64,000 nt of DNA from Candidatus Poribacteria bacterium (GTDB lineage Bacteria; Poribacteria; WGA-4E; PCPOR2b): assembly GCA_965215015.1 (NCBI GenBank), contig OZ244042.1, positions 1,472,001-1,536,000 on the forward strand, given 5' to 3'. Below the pieces are notes generated by a model, which worked only from the letters and a program-made list of their open reading frames with translations, had not been told where the DNA came from and did no database searches. Within the stretch, counting starts at the first letter, position 1; each line of letters begins with the position of its first letter. Below are positions 32,277-40,089 of this stretch, piece by piece. The translations under genes were made by a program, and so were the position numbers.

Positions 32277-33332
32277 TCAATTATTTTTTTTTATCGCGTC
32301 AACCAACTTATCTGCCCCAAAACGGATGACATCCGTGGCGGGTAATCCTGTCTCTTGCTCTATGGCTTCAACGGCTTGATGCGCTTCCGCTTCTGTGAGA
32401 TCAAAGCAATTGAGGCCAATTCCAATGACTTTGGCGGGTTTAATGGGGTTGGCAAGCATCTCATACTGACGGATTAATTCCGGTACCGGAGGCAGCGGCA
32501 CAGTGTATCGGGCAACAACCTTCCGTGAGGGTTGATGGCAGAAGATTATCGCATCGGGCATCGAGCCGTGCAGGAGGCTCAATGTAACACCCGAATAGCC
32601 GGGGTGCACTAGCGATCCCTGTCCTTCGACGATGAGGAGATCGCGAGCTCTTTTTGCCCCTTCGAGCACAATCTCCTCCGATGCCCCCGCTGTGAAGTCC
32701 GATACGACTGCGTCAATGGCAATTCCCCAACCGGAGATCATAATACCGTTCTGACCAGTCGCGCAAAACTCGGCGTCCAATCCACGATTCCGTGCGGTCT
32801 CTGCGAGCTCAATCGCTGTCACCATTTTGCCGATTCGACAATCCGATCCGACAGTCAGAATAACGGTTGGATCCACCTCGTCGGCTTTGCAGGTCGCAAT
32901 CGGCAGGTCTGCCGGCGGTTTACGCACATCCCACAGCATAACATTGTGGCGTTTGGCGAGATCAGCGAGTTGTGGATCCTCACTTAGGAATTGGTGGAGC
33001 CCACTCATGACATGCAGCCCGTGTCCGATAGCTTCCTTTAGAATTGCTATCCACGTTTCAGGCAGTTGACCCCCCGGCGGCGCAATGCCAATTGCGAGCA
33101 TCGTTGGATTCAATTCCATCGCTTCCGTAAGGCTACTAAGGACCGGAATTCCCTCCCCGATTTCAATGACTTCGCTAACATCTTTCCCGGCCTGTTCGCT
33201 GTCGATAACAGCAACGACATTTTCGGTATGGTAGCGCACTAATACTGTCGCTGCTTTTGATTCGAGGATGCCGAATGAACCTTCGGCGAGAATCGCCATT
33301 TTCTGTGCTTTGGGATTGAGTTGTTGTTCCAT
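32277..33332 (-). CDS. DUF1611 protein (D-glutamate N-acetyltransferase DgcN-like), copy 1
   Basis: LTVGSDCRIGKM, ATGQNG, IVEGQGSLVHPGYSGVTLSLLHGSMPD. Confidence 0.85.
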   Translation of the reverse strand: MEQQLNPKAQKMAILAEGSFGILESKAATVLVRYHTENVVAVIDSEQAGKDVSEVIEIGEGIPVLSSLTEAMELNPTMLAIGIAPPGGQLPETWIAILKEAIGHGLHVMSGLHQFLSEDPQLADLAKRHNVMLWDVRKPPADLPIATCKADEVDPTVILTVGSDCRIGKMVTAIELAETARNRGLDAEFCATGQNGIMISGWGIAIDAVVSDFTAGASEEIVLEGAKRARDLLIVEGQGSLVHPGYSGVTLSLLHGSMPDAIIFCHQPSRKVVARYTVPLPPVPELIRQYEMLANPIKPAKVIGIGLNCFDLTEAEAHQAVEAIEQETGLPATDVIRFGADKLVDAIKKNN

Positions 33333-33366
33333 ACGCCTTGTCCTTATTTTTTTTTGACAGTCTTTG

Positions 33367-33624
33367 TCATTGATACAACATTTCTTTGACTGAAAATTGT
33401 GCTTTTAATTGCAAGAGTTGCGCTTCTGGGAGCCCTGTAATTTCAGCGATGATCTCAATTTCCATTCCCTTGGCAAGCATCACCCTTGCGGATTCAATCT
33501 TTCCTTCCCTTTTGCCTTCGACCCGGCCTTCTCTTTTGCCTTCGACTCGACCTTCCCTTTTGCCTTCGACTCGACCGTTGTGAAAGATTTGTTGCTTCTC
33601 TTTTTCTAATGCGGTAATTAACAT
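33367..33624 (-). CDS. Stand-alone Rpn C-terminal small protein (RpnS-like antitoxin), copy 1
   Basis: Duplicate of the Rpn C-terminus from MLITALEKEK; RBS GAGG upstream. Confidence 0.7.
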   Translation of the reverse strand: MLITALEKEKQQIFHNGRVEGKREGRVEGKREGRVEGKREGKIESARVMLAKGMEIEIIAEITGLPEAQLLQLKAQFSVKEMLYQ

Positions 33625-33629
33625 CGTCC

Positions 33630-34640
33630 TTACCTCTTTTCTGAGGGAAGCTCTGCCTTCAACTGCAAGAGTTGCGCTTCTGGGAGCCCTGTAATTTCAG
33701 CGATGATCTCAATTTCCATTCCCTTGGCAAGCATCACCCTTGCGGATTCAATCTTTCCTTCTCTTTTGCCTTCGACTCTGCCTTCTCTTTTGCCTTCGAC
33801 TCTGCCTTCCCTTTTGCCTTCGACTCGACCTTCTCTTTTGCCTTCGACTCTGCCTTCTCTTTTGCCTTCGACCCGGCCGTTGTGAAAGATTTGTTGCTTC
33901 TCTTTTTCTAATGCGGTAATTAACATCGTCCTTACCTCCTCTTCATCTTGATAAATAGTTTCTAATGACTCATAGTCTCTAGCTGCAATCCGTCCGTGGA
34001 GTGCCAACTGCTTGAACCAATTTAAAAACAGACTCACTGCCCCCTTGTCCGCCTCCGATGAGAACAGATTCAGCAACTCTGTCTCCAGCACATCTACATC
34101 GTAATACGATTCCGCTAAAAACAGTGTAGAGACGATGTTTCGGATTTTCAAAAGGGCTTGCTGGCTGTATCGGTTTTCAGCAATAAGGAAATACTGAAAA
34201 TCTAACGCAAACGCGCCCAATGACGGCGTCTGCTCAATTAAATCAGAAAGGTTAATCGGTGCTGTCCAACGGTCTTCTCCATTGTATAGCACGATGGGGA
34301 AAACCGCGGGCAATTTTTTTACCTGTTTATGCTCGGCAACATAGTCCATGTAGAAGTTGGTAATGTAGTTGAGGGCTCGTAACGCCATGAACGGGTCGAC
34401 CGTGGATTGGAACTCAATGAGGATATAAATGTAAACCTCATGGTTAAGCAACTGAACTTTGTAAATCAAATCACTTTCGGTTTCCTTGTAGTGTTGGGAG
34501 ATGAATGACTTATCAAGGGTTTCACAAGTCGCAAAATCCAGGTGATTGACCCATTCTTGTGTAACAAAGGTCTCAATCAGTTGCCGGAATATGGTCTGAT
34601 TTGAAAAGAGTTTTTTGTATCCGCTGTCGTGAATGTTCAC
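33630..34640 (-). CDS. Rpn/YhgA family PD-(D/E)XK nuclease (Transposase_31), copy 1
   Basis: HDSGYKKLFS, ESDLIYKV, YILIEFQSTVD, PIVLYNG, EGKREG repeats; internal RBS + ATG at 33926. Confidence 0.9.
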   Translation of the reverse strand: MNIHDSGYKKLFSNQTIFRQLIETFVTQEWVNHLDFATCETLDKSFISQHYKETESDLIYKVQLLNHEVYIYILIEFQSTVDPFMALRALNYITNFYMDYVAEHKQVKKLPAVFPIVLYNGEDRWTAPINLSDLIEQTPSLGAFALDFQYFLIAENRYSQQALLKIRNIVSTLFLAESYYDVDVLETELLNLFSSEADKGAVSLFLNWFKQLALHGRIAARDYESLETIYQDEEEVRTMLITALEKEKQQIFHNGRVEGKREGRVEGKREGRVEGKREGRVEGKREGRVEGKREGKIESARVMLAKGMEIEIIAEITGLPEAQLLQLKAELPSEKR

Positions 34641-34678
34641 CGTTAGCCCCTCTCAAAGACTTGCGTCGGACGATTCAC

Positions 34679-35500
34679 CTATTCGCCCATTTGCTGACCG
34701 GTGGGTTTGTTGAGTCGATTCCCCTGAGCTTCATTCTGTATTTGTCGAGCAATGATTCTCACCGGCGTTGCTTTGGGCGGCACAACATCTGTATTGACGC
34801 GGTAGGTTCGGTCGTCTGTACCGCCGGGCAGCGGATGGTTGAAGATTGAATCTGGGTCACGGTACACCGCAATAATATTGTGAAACAGTTGGGTGGTGAA
34901 CTGGTTACGGATAAAACGTCCACCTGTGAATACCCAATGGGTTTGCCGCATCGGTTGTTTAGTCATCGCATTCCAGATTAATTCTTCAGCGCGATGCCAA
35001 ATGATCTGCTCACCACGTTCCCATTCAACCCATAGCTCGACTGGATCGCCTTCGGGGAGATGAGGGTCACCTTCCACAGTGAGGTTCATGCCCGGATTCA
35101 AGTTCAAGCGGAGAAGCGCAAGCTGGATGTGTATCGGTTCGGCATCGAGCATAAGGAGGCTTTCATGTGTTTTGCCCAGTTCGCCGACTGCAAAAAATTC
35201 GAGGATGGTCTCTGGACTGATAAGATTGACTTCACCGTTCATGACCACTTCATGTTTATTTACATCAACCGTGACAGTCCTCAATTGGTAGATACCATCG
35301 CCGATGTCGCGGATAGCGGAGGTTGGGTCAACTACCTCCGCGGACTCCGGACGGATGGCTAATTGCTGCGATGTGATATTGTTACCACGGTCCAGGTCCG
35401 CAATATCCTCATTTGGGTCAACAATGGCATAGAGTGTATGATCCCCATCCTCACTTGGGATCCAGTTAATCGCAGTAGTCGTTTCGTCGAGATTCTTGTT
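34679..35500 (-). pseudogene. 5'-truncated duplicate of the 3' end (CARDB tail + YdjY-like domain) of gene 45675-48152
   Basis: Matches 45675-46496; homology ends abruptly at 35500 with no proper start. Confidence 0.85.
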
Positions 35501-35506
35501 GAGGTA

Positions 35507-35980
35507 TTATTCTGCCTCAAGTGCCGTTAAATCCTCAACGCCAGCCATATCAGCTAGCATCTTTGCGTATTTTCTTAGGACTTCCTGTAACTGTCCTAAT
35601 TCGGTACGAAACCTTTCGCATTCACTCTCATCTTTGAATGCACCTGCTAAACTTAGTTTGTGCCATTCTGCTGTAAACGGTCTAATTACCTGATTCAAAA
35701 CTACAATAGCTATCTTTGTAAACTCGATACAATCCCTGCCATGAGTTTTGATAATCTCACGGGTTAGCCCAAAAAGTCTGTAAATGCTGTCAAGAGCAGT
35801 ACCCTCGTCCCCGTGTTCTGGTTTAAGATGTTGAGTTGCTACCCTAGTAAGCATTTCAATGTATAGTTCCCAAGCTGCATCTTTATCGGCAGGTTGTGGC
35901 TTCCATTCCATTTCCAAAAATGACACGTTAATCTTCAAAGAGGTCATATCCCAATTCTTAAGCCATTTTTTCCATTTCAT
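35507..35980 (-). CDS. Unknown helical protein coupled to TIR gene
   Basis: ATG 35980 overlaps TIR stop (ATGA), RBS AGGAGG; AAWELYIEMLTRVATQ...ALDSIYRLFGLTRE...LNQVIRPFTAEWH. Confidence 0.75.
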   Translation of the reverse strand: MKWKKWLKNWDMTSLKINVSFLEMEWKPQPADKDAAWELYIEMLTRVATQHLKPEHGDEGTALDSIYRLFGLTREIIKTHGRDCIEFTKIAIVVLNQVIRPFTAEWHKLSLAGAFKDESECERFRTELGQLQEVLRKYAKMLADMAGVEDLTALEAE

Positions 35981-36537
35981 GATTTGCCTCCTAATTTTGG
36001 TCGTCCCGGACACTGACGGTTATACTTAAACCTCTTTCTTGGATTCACAATAAGATGGTTTTTTGTAGTCCTCGCAAGAAAAGCACTATGGATTGCGTTA
36101 GACAACGTATCTTTTCTAGCCGGATAGTCAATCAATCTCGCGTAACAATCCTCTTGTTTCAAATTCAGCTTTAACCGATTTGGGAAGGACGCATTTCTTG
36201 TGTAACTTGGTAATTTCACTCCAAGTAAACCATTTGGTGTTACAGTTTCACCGCTTCTAAGAGAGGATTGGAGTTCCCAATCAACATATCGCCGTGCCCA
36301 CGTACACCTACCCATAAGGACAATCGTTACAGTTGAATCCCGCAAATAAAGCTCTCTGATACGGCTCATCACATAATCCGTATCATCACTGTTAATAATA
36401 TCATCTTCCCTTCTTATGCCCAAACCCCGTGTAATGAACACATTTCTTTCATCACCAAAGGTTTGAACAAAATCATCGACTTGGCGTTGGTCATCGTGAT
36501 GATAGGAAATAAAGACCTTATGTCGGGTAGTATTCAT
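35977..36537 (-). CDS. TIR domain protein, Thoeris ThsB/DUF1863-like
   Basis: HKVFISYHHDD, IRELYLRDSTVTIVLMG, RRYVDWEL (catalytic Glu), PNGLLGV; strong RBS. Confidence 0.85.
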   Translation of the reverse strand: MNTTRHKVFISYHHDDQRQVDDFVQTFGDERNVFITRGLGIRREDDIINSDDTDYVMSRIRELYLRDSTVTIVLMGRCTWARRYVDWELQSSLRSGETVTPNGLLGVKLPSYTRNASFPNRLKLNLKQEDCYARLIDYPARKDTLSNAIHSAFLARTTKNHLIVNPRKRFKYNRQCPGRPKLGGKS

Positions 36538-36673
36538 TTGTCATGCCCTCCTTTCACTGAGAAATCATCGGCAAGAAAAAGATTGAATAGCATAACATAT
36601 TAAAAAAACAAGCGTCGATCATATATCAGCGCGTCCACTCTGCTTATGCTTGAGAACCGTTAGTCAACAAAAT

Positions 36674-37352
36674 TCAATCCCTAGCATATGGAGAATTAGG
36701 GTAATGCTCTATCAGTAGTTGTTGCCCTAGTTCTTCGCAAGTTGCCTTGAAATATGGTGTGATACTCTCACTTGATATTCCATGTGTTTCTGCTAAAAAC
36801 TCCCCTAGTGTTTTCATTGAGTTTGCATTGAAATTAACAAAGGGTGTACGACTACCCCGCCGTGTGGCTGTTGGCACTTGGTCGCGGTGGAGTTCTTCCA
36901 CATTCTCAATAAAATCACACAGTAAAAGCTGCTCATGGTAGGCTATATAATTCAGGGGGCAACCCTCACCCCAATAGTATGCAACGCCGCGTAGTTGTCG
37001 AAGGCGTCACGCTCCCACTGTCCAATATCCTGCCACCGAAGTGATTTCCTGTTAGCTTGTCGTGCGATATAATCAATACGGCGTTGGCTGTATATTGGGG
37101 TCTGAGTGCATTTGTATTCTAGCAGATAAACTCTGTCTGGATTCTGAGATTCCACGACAAAAAATCCGGTGCATAACGGACATGACGGGCGGTTTCATTC
37201 CGAACAAAACGAAGGCTCTCCCTGACGTTCTCCGGTATATGTGTCTCATAACCAAACTCAACGTGATATAGAGAGGAAAACTTATCCCAAATACCGCCCT
37301 TTACTGTGTCAATTAAGAGGTTAGCCTTACTCGACCTTTCCTCAAATTTCAT
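36674..37352 (-). pseudogene. Frameshifted PD-(D/E)XK nuclease-like gene
   Basis: ATG 37352 overlaps upstream stop; MKFEER...RYAPDF, frameshift in T-run (~37160), ...VYLLEYKC...GVRVA, frameshift in C-run (~36957), ...GSRTPFVNFN...YARD*. Confidence 0.65.
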
Positions 37353-37858
37353 AGTCCTGTACCACCTATCATAGTGTTCCGGTTTAGATTGCAAGCAACC
37401 ATATCCCACTGAGCTACTATAACCTGTCGTGGCCTCTTGCCCTTTTCCCAATGGTATTCCAGTACATCACGTCTTTGATAGTCCTGTAACAAAGAAGCAA
37501 GTGTCGAAGAAACTCCCAAAGGAGAAATCAAAAATGAGTAAAGTGGTTGGGCAATTCTACTGTAGCCTAAAAGTTGGGAAAGGTGCGCCGGTGTTAGGCT
37601 GGTGTTCTTACATTCTACAAAAGCTAGAGAAGTAGCTTCCTCTGCATGGTGAACGAATCCAACAATATCAACTCGAATATCCCATGTAACCTGCTCCGCT
37701 GGAAATCTACCCTTGCTATATGTTCTCAAAAAACGGGAAATTGGGGTGTGTGGCAGGTCATAAACATCAACATCAGCATTTCGGAAGCAACTTCTAAGAA
37801 AATCCTCTAACCAGCGGCAAACATCAGGATACATTTCTCCTTCAGATCCATACTTCAT
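37349..37858 (-). CDS. Small PD-(D/E)XK endonuclease
   Basis: SEGEMY, IRVDIVGF, FVECK, LSQLLGY (QxxxY motif of Mrr/NucS/RecB-like nucleases). Confidence 0.7.
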   Translation of the reverse strand: MKYGSEGEMYPDVCRWLEDFLRSCFRNADVDVYDLPHTPISRFLRTYSKGRFPAEQVTWDIRVDIVGFVHHAEEATSLAFVECKNTSLTPAHLSQLLGYSRIAQPLYSFLISPLGVSSTLASLLQDYQRRDVLEYHWEKGKRPRQVIVAQWDMVACNLNRNTMIGGTGL

Positions 37859-38807
37859 CTTCCTCTACTTCCTCCAGTAGGGCTTCATGCTTATTAAAAT
37901 CCCATAACTCTTGTTGCATCATCTCAGGTCTACGAGGGCAACCTAGCTTTTTGCAGATTTGCCAGTAAGCGTTGAAATGTTGTCCTTTTAGGCGGTCGTC
38001 CAGTCTTTCATCGCTTTCCCGTTTATCCTTCGGCTTCCGTTTCCTCAACTGTTTTCTGCCAACACAAGGATTATAAGACTTCTTCGGGTGATGCTCCCTG
38101 TCGTGTTCGATAAATTCTCTCAAGATGGCTTGCTTGTGAGGCAAAGAAAAACCGATTTCTCCGAATGGCACGGCAAAAATGTTAATCTGGTGTTCTCGAA
38201 AGTCCCTTCCCATGTTTGGGTGTCCCCAAGTGATTAGCTGAACGGGTATGGTTAAATGTTCTTCCAGTATCGTACAAAGCTGGACGGGCATTTCCCAATT
38301 TGTCTGATAATTCAGTACATCAAGTCGGACACGATGTGCGCCGTCAACATAGCGGTTCGCGTGTCTGATATTTCCGGCAACATCAGCAAAGCCCCTTATG
38401 TATTCTCGCTTCCAGTCCTTTGGTACTTCTGGAGAAAAGAATATTTCCGGCACTAAAAAATGCTCGTATCCCGTGCGTTCCGCAGTGTGCATTAAGATAT
38501 TCCGCCACACCATTGTATTTCTGAAAAAGCGTAATACGAGAACAACCTTGTTGTCTCTATTTACAACGCTAACATCAGCACCCGTCAAGTCTAAAATGCG
38601 CTCTTGTATCTGTTGTAACCCAAGGAGTATAGAAGTGTTAGTATCAAAAGTCTCGGTTATACCATCTACTGCAAGAGATTGGTAGGGAAACTCAATAATA
38701 ACCTGCCTTGTGCCACCACTTTCTGATATTCTCCCCCTTGCTGTTATCAAACCAAGCAAGTAAGCGACATCAGCGTCAATATAGTCTATAACTTCGATTA
38801 GGCTCAC
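37842..38807 (-). CDS. LAGLIDADG-fold protein lacking catalytic acidic residues
   Basis: VAYLLGLITARG and REYIRGFADVAG two-motif arrangement; C-terminal Cys/His cluster and basic patch. Confidence 0.6.
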   Translation of the reverse strand: MSLIEVIDYIDADVAYLLGLITARGRISESGGTRQVIIEFPYQSLAVDGITETFDTNTSILLGLQQIQERILDLTGADVSVVNRDNKVVLVLRFFRNTMVWRNILMHTAERTGYEHFLVPEIFFSPEVPKDWKREYIRGFADVAGNIRHANRYVDGAHRVRLDVLNYQTNWEMPVQLCTILEEHLTIPVQLITWGHPNMGRDFREHQINIFAVPFGEIGFSLPHKQAILREFIEHDREHHPKKSYNPCVGRKQLRKRKPKDKRESDERLDDRLKGQHFNAYWQICKKLGCPRRPEMMQQELWDFNKHEALLEEVEEDEVWI

Positions 38808-38818
38808 TGGATATACTC

Positions 38819-39655
38819 CTACGGCTTTTGAAAAATTAGGATAAATTCATGGATTTTATTGATACGAAACACGCTCGGATAGCCAAGTGGACGCAAGTTA
38901 TTGTATTCCTGTCCTCTATCCCATATAATCATGTCGTCAAAAATAAAGCCAATATCCTCCATGAATCGAGAAATATCCATGTGATATGGGTAAAAGCGAT
39001 TCTTTTTTCGTAAATCCATGACAATGACACAACAGTAGCTTTTGGGCTTCATAACCTCATAGACCTGCTCGAAAATCTTACTAAGTTCTAGCAGGAATTT
39101 TTCATAATCACGAATCTTCCCTAAGTCTGCCTCTGTCTCTCCGTAATCACGCTGTTCCTTATAATCAGCCGTCCGCTTTTCCAGAAGAATATCCCAATAT
39201 GGAGGTGATGTAATCACCATATCCACACTATTTGGAGACACATACTTACACAGTTCTCTACTATCAGCAACATGGACTTTTATATCGGTTGGACCTCCAA
39301 ACGGAATCGTCTGACTAACTCTACCTTCAGCGATTTCGGCAAACTCTGGAGAAATCTCTATCCCTATAGCGTCCTTTCCTAATTCTTTGGCGGCCATGAG
39401 GGTAGAACCAACTCCAACAAAAGGGTCAAATACTAAGCGAGCTTTTTTATTAGTGAAGCATTCTACCAGACGGCAAGCCAACGCACTCGGAAACATAGCA
39501 GGGTGTTTTAAGTCTGTTTCTTCCCGTGTTTTCCTTACATCATTCCAAACTGAGATTGAGTACCTTAACCACGTCTTTCCATCTAATTCATTTCCTCGCT
39601 TGAGTTCAGGTGTTTCCTTTTCCTCCGTACTAGCCGTGATTCTTTTTTTAGGCAT
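38819..39655 (-). CDS. DNA amino-methyltransferase (m4C/m6A), alpha-type motif order
   Basis: KHPAMFP, VFDPFVGVGST (motif I) before ITSPPY (motif IV), IIWDR, HEFILIFQK. Confidence 0.9.
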   Translation of the reverse strand: MPKKRITASTEEKETPELKRGNELDGKTWLRYSISVWNDVRKTREETDLKHPAMFPSALACRLVECFTNKKARLVFDPFVGVGSTLMAAKELGKDAIGIEISPEFAEIAEGRVSQTIPFGGPTDIKVHVADSRELCKYVSPNSVDMVITSPPYWDILLEKRTADYKEQRDYGETEADLGKIRDYEKFLLELSKIFEQVYEVMKPKSYCCVIVMDLRKKNRFYPYHMDISRFMEDIGFIFDDMIIWDRGQEYNNLRPLGYPSVFRINKIHEFILIFQKP

Positions 39656-39782
39656 TGCTTGATTCCTCCAATAGTCAATACTTTTTACTTGTAATGCAAT
39701 CTAACCCTAAAAGCGAACCAATATTATACCACTCTAACACTTCACCTATCATTTGCTTTACCGTACCTCCCACGAGGAAAGC

Positions 39783-39883
39783 CCCATAGACTTCTCCCGT
39801 AAGAAACCGTAGATAAACCAAAAACGGTTATTTTTCTAAAGATGCTGGCAAACCAGACACTTTACAGGGGAGAAGTCTATGGG
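39783..39883. mobile_element. ~100-bp MITE with 16-bp perfect terminal inverted repeats
   Basis: cccatagacttctccc ... gggagaagtctatggg. Confidence 0.65.
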
Positions 39884-39924
39884 ACGAAAATTCCTCAACA
39901 TGGTCGGAATTTCAAAAATTCAGT

Positions 39925-40089
39925 CCATCTCCATACCCCCAGGCACACCACAGACGGATTTTCGCCATCAACGGTTCACTTATTGCGCCGGACCGGAGAA
40001 GTTCTAATACACTGTCCATCACCGGCAGGTATCGGAGCTCCAAAATCGCGGCGGTCCCATTTTGGAGCCGGGGGCATTTCGCCACAGTT
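39925..40089. repeat. Chimeric relic of 10324-10446 and 20182-20226
   Basis: Direct sequence matches to the Gfo/Idh/MocA gene and the PhyH gene, joined at ATCG. Confidence 0.9.

Larger units (their letters stand above)
32293..35500. repeat. ~3.2 kb direct repeat, copy A
   Basis: Near-identical to 43338-46496 with scattered substitutions and different VNTR counts. Confidence 0.95.

Noticed and set aside
24462-36537. TIR-caspase (Thoeris type IV-like) pairing
   Set aside because: The caspases carry signal peptides and lie 7 kb or more away, outside the repeat-bounded island
37842-38807. Active homing endonuclease, intron or intein
   Set aside because: Catalytic acidic residues missing, no splicing motifs, free-standing and coupled within an operon
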